A stretch of DNA of 36,487 bases, taken from NCBI RefSeq assembly GCF_001194135.2, contig NC_068997.1:49476004-49512490 (forward strand), read 5' to 3'. Positions 35,951-36,487 of this stretch are shown one piece after another (position 1 is the first letter of the stretch; each line of letters starts with the position of its first letter). The position numbers and the translations under genes are program-made. This DNA comes from Octopus bimaculoides. Its lineage: Eukaryota. The notes under the pieces were generated by a model that was given only the letters and a program-made list of their open reading frames with translations, searched no databases and was not told the DNA's origin.

Positions 35951-36487
35951 TGCACTAATGAGACGAGTGTATTATGAACACACAGTCGTCGTAAAAAGGA
36001 GAATTTATTTTCCTGTGACCTACACAGCGGCTATTAGCTTGTTTACGTGACAGGAACTGCTGGGACGTATCAGGAATAGATAGGTCACCGTACAAATAGC
36101 AATTTTGAAAGCAAATTCACCAACTACCTAAATTGAACACTCAAAGCATAACATTGCATTTTATTACGTTTCCACTGGAAAACAGATACCTAAGAGAGCA
36201 CCAGGTGTTCAAAGGTATATCTTAATGCAGCAATCAAGTGCAGAACTAATTACAATTGCTAAATTAACGGAGTGACAAGCAGAACATTAAGATATATCCT
36301 GTAAATAATAGTTTATGCATCTATTTACTATGATAGATGTTATCAGTGAAACACCAGCTGCTCAAAGTTATTTCTTCCCCACTTCATGACGTAACTAAGT
36401 GCATAATTAACTACAGGTGCAAAATGTAAAGTGCATACACACACATACACAAGCATATATAATATATATATGTACATACATATATAT

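Overview
Eukaryotic, AT-rich, repeat-saturated draft-assembly DNA with 16 N-gaps and no supportable host protein-coding gene. Most ORF-track entries are read-throughs of microsatellites or gaps. The microsatellite density and SINE families resemble octopus/cephalopod DNA; this is recall-based inference, not a database result. Contents: (i) three tRNA-derived SINE families (my labels A, B, C) in many full, truncated and decayed copies; (ii) a 5'-truncated R4/Dong-like retrotransposon inside a (TAA)n array; (iii) decayed RTE (Rex3/Expander-like) and L1/Tx1-like fragments; (iv) an internally deleted Tc1/mariner with both TIRs and TA flanks; (v) an RTE-tailed element with a 67-bp internal tandem array. 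Structures not explained by these: a spacerless 130-bp palindrome (12814-12943), a perfect 24-bp-stem hairpin (27810-27870), a 38-39-bp-period array of mini-hairpins (14520-14612) and a pair of degenerate hammerhead-ribozyme cores (35891-35995). I see no convincing wholly new biological system; these are the best leads.
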